DNA of 32,349 bases, taken from Cyanophyceae cyanobacterium. Lineage in GTDB: Bacteria; Cyanobacteriota; Cyanobacteriia; Cyanobacteriales; JBHJGN01. Where the stretch lies: NCBI GenBank assembly GCA_050331735.1, contig JBHJGN010000095.1, forward strand, positions 1 through 32,349, given 5' to 3'. Under the pieces are notes generated by a model. That model had not been told where the DNA came from. It searched no databases and saw nothing but the letters and a program-made list of their open reading frames with translations. Shown here in pieces: positions 28,964 to 32,349 of the stretch (positions are counted from its first letter, which is position 1; each line of letters begins with the position of its first letter). Position numbers and translations under genes: made by a program.

Positions 28964-30189
28964 TCAGCTTCTGCTGAGTCGAACGGTGAAGCAAGTGCCA
29001 ATTCCAAGCTGACTGGTAACGGCGATCGCCCCGCTATGCTGGTGAATAATTGCCTGGGCAATGGCTAATCCTAAACCCGCTCCTCCAGCCGAGTAGGAAC
29101 GAGACGGATTCGCTTGCCAAAATCGCTCAAAAATCTTATCCAAATGTTCTGGCGCAATTCCAATGCCGGTGTCTTCTATTTTGATCTGAATAGAAGCATT
29201 CTGGTAAGCTTTTACGGACACTTGACCGCCTGAAGACGTATACTGAAGCGCATTTTGAACTATATTGGCCAAGGATCGCTCTAGAGCGGTTTTATCACCC
29301 CAAAAAGTTAAATTGTCGTTAATTTGAGCTTCAAGGGCAATTTTTTGTCAAGTGCTAAGGGTTCGTATAATGCGACTAACTCTCTAAGCATCACGGTTAA
29401 ATTGACTCTTGTCCGGTCAGATTTAGCACTGCGATCATTTCGTGCCAACAGCAGCAAATCTTCAGTTAGTTGAGTCATTTGATTCGTGGCAGAGGCGATC
29501 GCGCTGAATTTCTCTCGATCCGTTTCCCGCATGCCGTGGGGATACTTCAGCGCAACAGCGGCATTGCTTTTAATTGCCATGAGCGGATTGCGTAATTCGT
29601 GAGACGCATCGGCTGTAAACTGCTTCAGTCGCTCAAAGCTTTCCTCGATAGGCTGCATCGCCTGGCGAGTCAGCCAAATTCCTCCCAGTCCACTCAAGCT
29701 CAACGCCATCACAACACCAACTCCAAGTCCTCGGTCTAGGCTACGGAGAGTGTTATTAAGATCTTGAGTTGACAAGCTGACGCGCGTGTAGCCCACAAAC
29801 TTGCCAGTGTCATAATCGTTCGTAGGAATCATTAGGCTTTTTGCTGGAAGAGGACTACTCTGGGTCTGAATGGCTTGGTCTGGATCGAAGGGAAGCATTA
29901 AAGCATAGTCTCCCTGTTCTTCGATGAGGTTCCCCTCTGTATCAAACCATTGAATGACTTGATTTGCCGCAATTAACTCTTCTTGTTCGTCATCGACCTC
30001 TACCTCTCCGTTATCTTCAATCTCCAAATTAAGAGCAGCCGCTTTCGCAAGGGTTTCTAGTCTATTCATCAGTTGTTGATCAAGGCTGCGAGTAAAAACA
30101 ATCCGAACGGCGATCGCAAACGTTGTGAGAATCACTGTTAGCACCGCCAGGTAAGAAAACACTAATCGATAGCGAATTTGCTGAAACAC
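28964..30189 (-). pseudogene. Membrane sensor histidine kinase split by a 1-bp frameshift (pseudogene or sequencing error)
   Basis: ORF 30189-29308 has two TMs and the H-box FTADASHELRNPL. ORF 29272-28964 has the HATPase (NALQY, DTGIGI, GAGLGLAI). Adding one A to the A6 run at 29341-29346 gives continuous DKKIALEAQINDNLTFWGDKTALERSLANIV. Confidence 0.88.
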
Positions 30190-31457
30190 TAAAACTCAAG
30201 GGTTGTTCTAACGGTAAAGAGAAAAATATCGGGGTTACTGTTGTCGTGGTTGGGGGCTGTCACCCAAACTAAACCCGGCGTTACGGCAATTTGCTCTGAC
30301 AAAAAACTGCGGTAGAAAGCCTCAACGTGGAAAGAGGTATCCGGATCGCTTGTGCGATCGTCGATTTCAAATTCGCTGTTGGTTAAGCGCGGTTCTTGAC
30401 CAATGACAAATCCGAGGATGTTATTTTCCTGCCCGACATCAAGCAGGGCAAGAGTGAAAGCGTAGTTCCAGACATTGGCATCTCCTAGATCAATAACGCT
30501 AGCGTTTGTCCATCCAACCCATCCGCCAACTGCTACCTTTGAGCTAGGCAAGAACGAAGCAGATACTCCATAGGAGTTGCCGATAACGGGACGGTCGAGG
30601 TCGATCTGCGATCGCAGACTGCCTGTGTCTGTCTCTAGGCTGGAGTCGTTATAGGTTTGAACGTAGGTTAGTCCAATTGAAATGCGATCGCTCGGTTCAA
30701 ATTCTAGCTGTGCGAAGGCGCTATAGTTTCCGTTAAACAAACCCGCTCCTGAGTCAGGTTCGTTGGCGTCGTCGCTGAAGTATCCTAAGCTAATTTCAAT
30801 ATCATCTGTTAGCTCATACTCTAGCTGAAGTCCGTAGTCTTCCAGCAGATTGTTGATCGGGTTTTCTGCCCCAAATTCAGAAACAGCATCATCCGTAACC
30901 GAATTAAAGTCATTGATGTCGTCGCCAGTGGTTGAGATATAGAGACTAGCGCGATCGCTAATCGGAAACGTATAGCTCAGTTCATCTAGCTCAAAGCGAC
31001 CGCTATCGGTATCGCTAGGAGAATCTAGCCTGCCCTCAAAGGTAATATCGCCAACATACGACAGCTCCCCTGAATTTCCCCCCTCTAGTCCGATTTGCAA
31101 AACATCTTCTCCGGTAAAGCTCGTATTGAAGCTAAGTTCAACACTCGACTGAAGCACAGTAGAGTCATTCAAATCTCTTCCAACAGCCCCGGTCAACCCT
31201 AACACGACCTCTCCTTCTAAAAAAACGGTCGGAGCAAATTGCTGCTCTTCTACAGTAGAAACGCGATTTTCTAGCGTTTGGAGACGGTTGCGGAGGGTGT
31301 TCTGTTCTTCTGTAAGCTGCTCCACCTGTTTCTGAATTTGATAAACAGGAACAATCTGTGTTACCGGTTTCAGTTGATCGACTGTGGAGGTGAAATTACT
31401 TTGAGCCACGACCCACTCTTGAATTAGAACAGAAGCCAAGCAGCTCAAGACCATCAT
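30189..31457 (-). CDS. Cyanobacterial outer-membrane porin (OprB-like/iron-uptake-porin family), SLH domain not evident
   Basis: Coiled coil ending EEQQF, L.GEVV, FNTSFTGEDVL, L.YTFP, HVEAFYR, VTPGLVW..APNH and terminal RTTLEF. Confidence 0.88.
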   Translation of the reverse strand: MMVLSCLASVLIQEWVVAQSNFTSTVDQLKPVTQIVPVYQIQKQVEQLTEEQNTLRNRLQTLENRVSTVEEQQFAPTVFLEGEVVLGLTGAVGRDLNDSTVLQSSVELSFNTSFTGEDVLQIGLEGGNSGELSYVGDITFEGRLDSPSDTDSGRFELDELSYTFPISDRASLYISTTGDDINDFNSVTDDAVSEFGAENPINNLLEDYGLQLEYELTDDIEISLGYFSDDANEPDSGAGLFNGNYSAFAQLEFEPSDRISIGLTYVQTYNDSSLETDTGSLRSQIDLDRPVIGNSYGVSASFLPSSKVAVGGWVGWTNASVIDLGDANVWNYAFTLALLDVGQENNILGFVIGQEPRLTNSEFEIDDRTSDPDTSFHVEAFYRSFLSEQIAVTPGLVWVTAPNHDNSNPDIFLFTVRTTLEF

Positions 31458-31670
31458 TATCTCTCCTATTGATTGCCTTTGGCATTATATATTGACAAGG
31501 AAAGGTAAATACTCTAGTAATCATCAGACATCTAGTAGTGGCGCTGTCTTAGCCATGATTGAGAAACATCCCAGCTTCTCACTGGGATTTAGCATGAGGA
31601 TAAACGGAAGGTAGCTAGCAGCTAATCGGTAGCAAAAACTAACCACTAGCAACGAATTATTTTTGCTCAG

Positions 31671-31943
31671 CGGGCGTTGCTGAATCAAGATATGAGACGA
31701 GGAGGAACAGGAACATCCCTAAATTTAAGATAGTGAATTAGCAGGCGAATTGAGTGTTGCAGCATAGTTTGAGATCTCGAATAACACAAGGTCTTGCGAT
31801 GTAGTCGTGCTAGATGGTGTCGGAGGCGAGTAGTTTCACTTTCGCTCGCGTGTCATAAATGTTCTCTTCGTCTTCTCCTTCACTATCTCAAGTTCAACTT
31901 GGTTGCCATTAGTGCCTAAGACATTATTATTCAGCAACGCCCG
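31671..31943. mobile_element. Putative MITE (non-autonomous IS derivative), about 273 bp
   Basis: Perfect 15-bp inverted termini CGGGCGTTGCTGAAT (31671-31685) and ATTCAGCAACGCCCG (31929-31943); intergenic, with no ORF of 60 aa or more. Confidence 0.7.
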
Positions 31944-31982
31944 GTATTTTGGCGATCGCAGCGCAATTTCTCGGTTTTTACT

Positions 31983-32349
31983 TCACAAATAGTGATAGGG
32001 AGCCTTTGAGCCTTCGGCACTCTCTTCATCCCCCATTGCCACGCAAAGGAGTGCAATTGGCATCACAGGCATTTCAATCTCCATCACGGTAAGGGCTAGA
32101 GAAAGTAACACGAATGTTAAGAGGCAAACAGGCGGTTTACGGCAAGAGTCTCGATAGATGTACCAAATGAGAGATAGCCAAAACGTCAGGAAAATCAGAG
32201 TTCCTATAACTCCTGAGCGGTATAGCAATGTGCCTAGCCAGAAGCTATGAGAGCCTATTCGTGCTGGATCGTAACCGGTAAGCACAGTCTTTCCGGTCGT
32301 GACGTAGCCCAACAAGAATTGTCGATTAGAACTTTGAGCAATGCCATCT
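31983..32349 (-). CDS. O-antigen ligase/Wzy-like membrane protein, C-terminal part (starts outside the window)
   Basis: Frame is open to the window edge; LLGY...IGSHSFWLGTLLYRSGVIG resembles the O-antigen ligase H-motif followed by TM helices. Confidence 0.65.
   Translation of the reverse strand, partial: DGIAQSSNRQFLLGYVTTGKTVLTGYDPARIGSHSFWLGTLLYRSGVIGTLIFLTFWLSLIWYIYRDSCRKPPVCLLTFVLLSLALTVMEIEMPVMPIALLCVAMGDEESAEGSKAPYHYL

Larger units (their letters stand above)
857..31959. repeat. HIP1 octamer GCGATCGC dispersed across the window (roughly 30 copies by eye)
   Basis: Examples at 857, 1414, 4174, 4256 and 31952; a hallmark of cyanobacterial genomes. Confidence 0.9.

Noticed and set aside
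1..32349. CRISPR array, tRNA, rRNA, transposase or prophage
   Set aside because: No regularly spaced repeats, cloverleaf signatures or relevant protein motifs seen by eye; a covariance-model scan was not possible

Overview
Cyanobacterial chromosomal DNA, judged from about 30 HIP1 GCGATCGC octamers, ycf23, a dgdA-ktrB-ktrA arrangement and a cyanobacterial-type porin. Most of it is housekeeping: ktrAB, dgdA, an MFS transporter, recO, deoC, hrcA, nlpD, trmL, gshA, ycf23, a DegT-family aminotransferase and glycosyltransferases. The most interesting block is a co-oriented six-gene signalling cassette at 12980-20074. It encodes an AAA_35-type NTPase fused to two PAS domains with no catalytic output, an atypical MinD/ParA ATPase, a glutaminase whose gene overlaps a membrane HAMP-PP2C phosphatase gene, and an anti-sigma-type kinase plus STAS pair (Slr1658/Slr1659-like, SiaABC-like). 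There is no sigma factor or cyclase output, so it may be a partner switch acting on glutaminase or the ATPase. Other notable elements: a RidA/FAD-oxidoreductase/creatininase cluster behind a canonically spaced NtcA-type promoter; an orphan histidine kinase with a Cys-rich AhpD/CMD-like sensor; a BrnT toxin missing its N-terminal half next to an intact-looking BrnA; a porin-coupled histidine kinase broken by a one-base homopolymer frameshift; a roughly 273-bp MITE-like element; a loopless 38-bp perfect palindrome; and G-rich heptamer repeats carrying different inserted hairpins. All calls come from reading motifs by eye; no database search was run.
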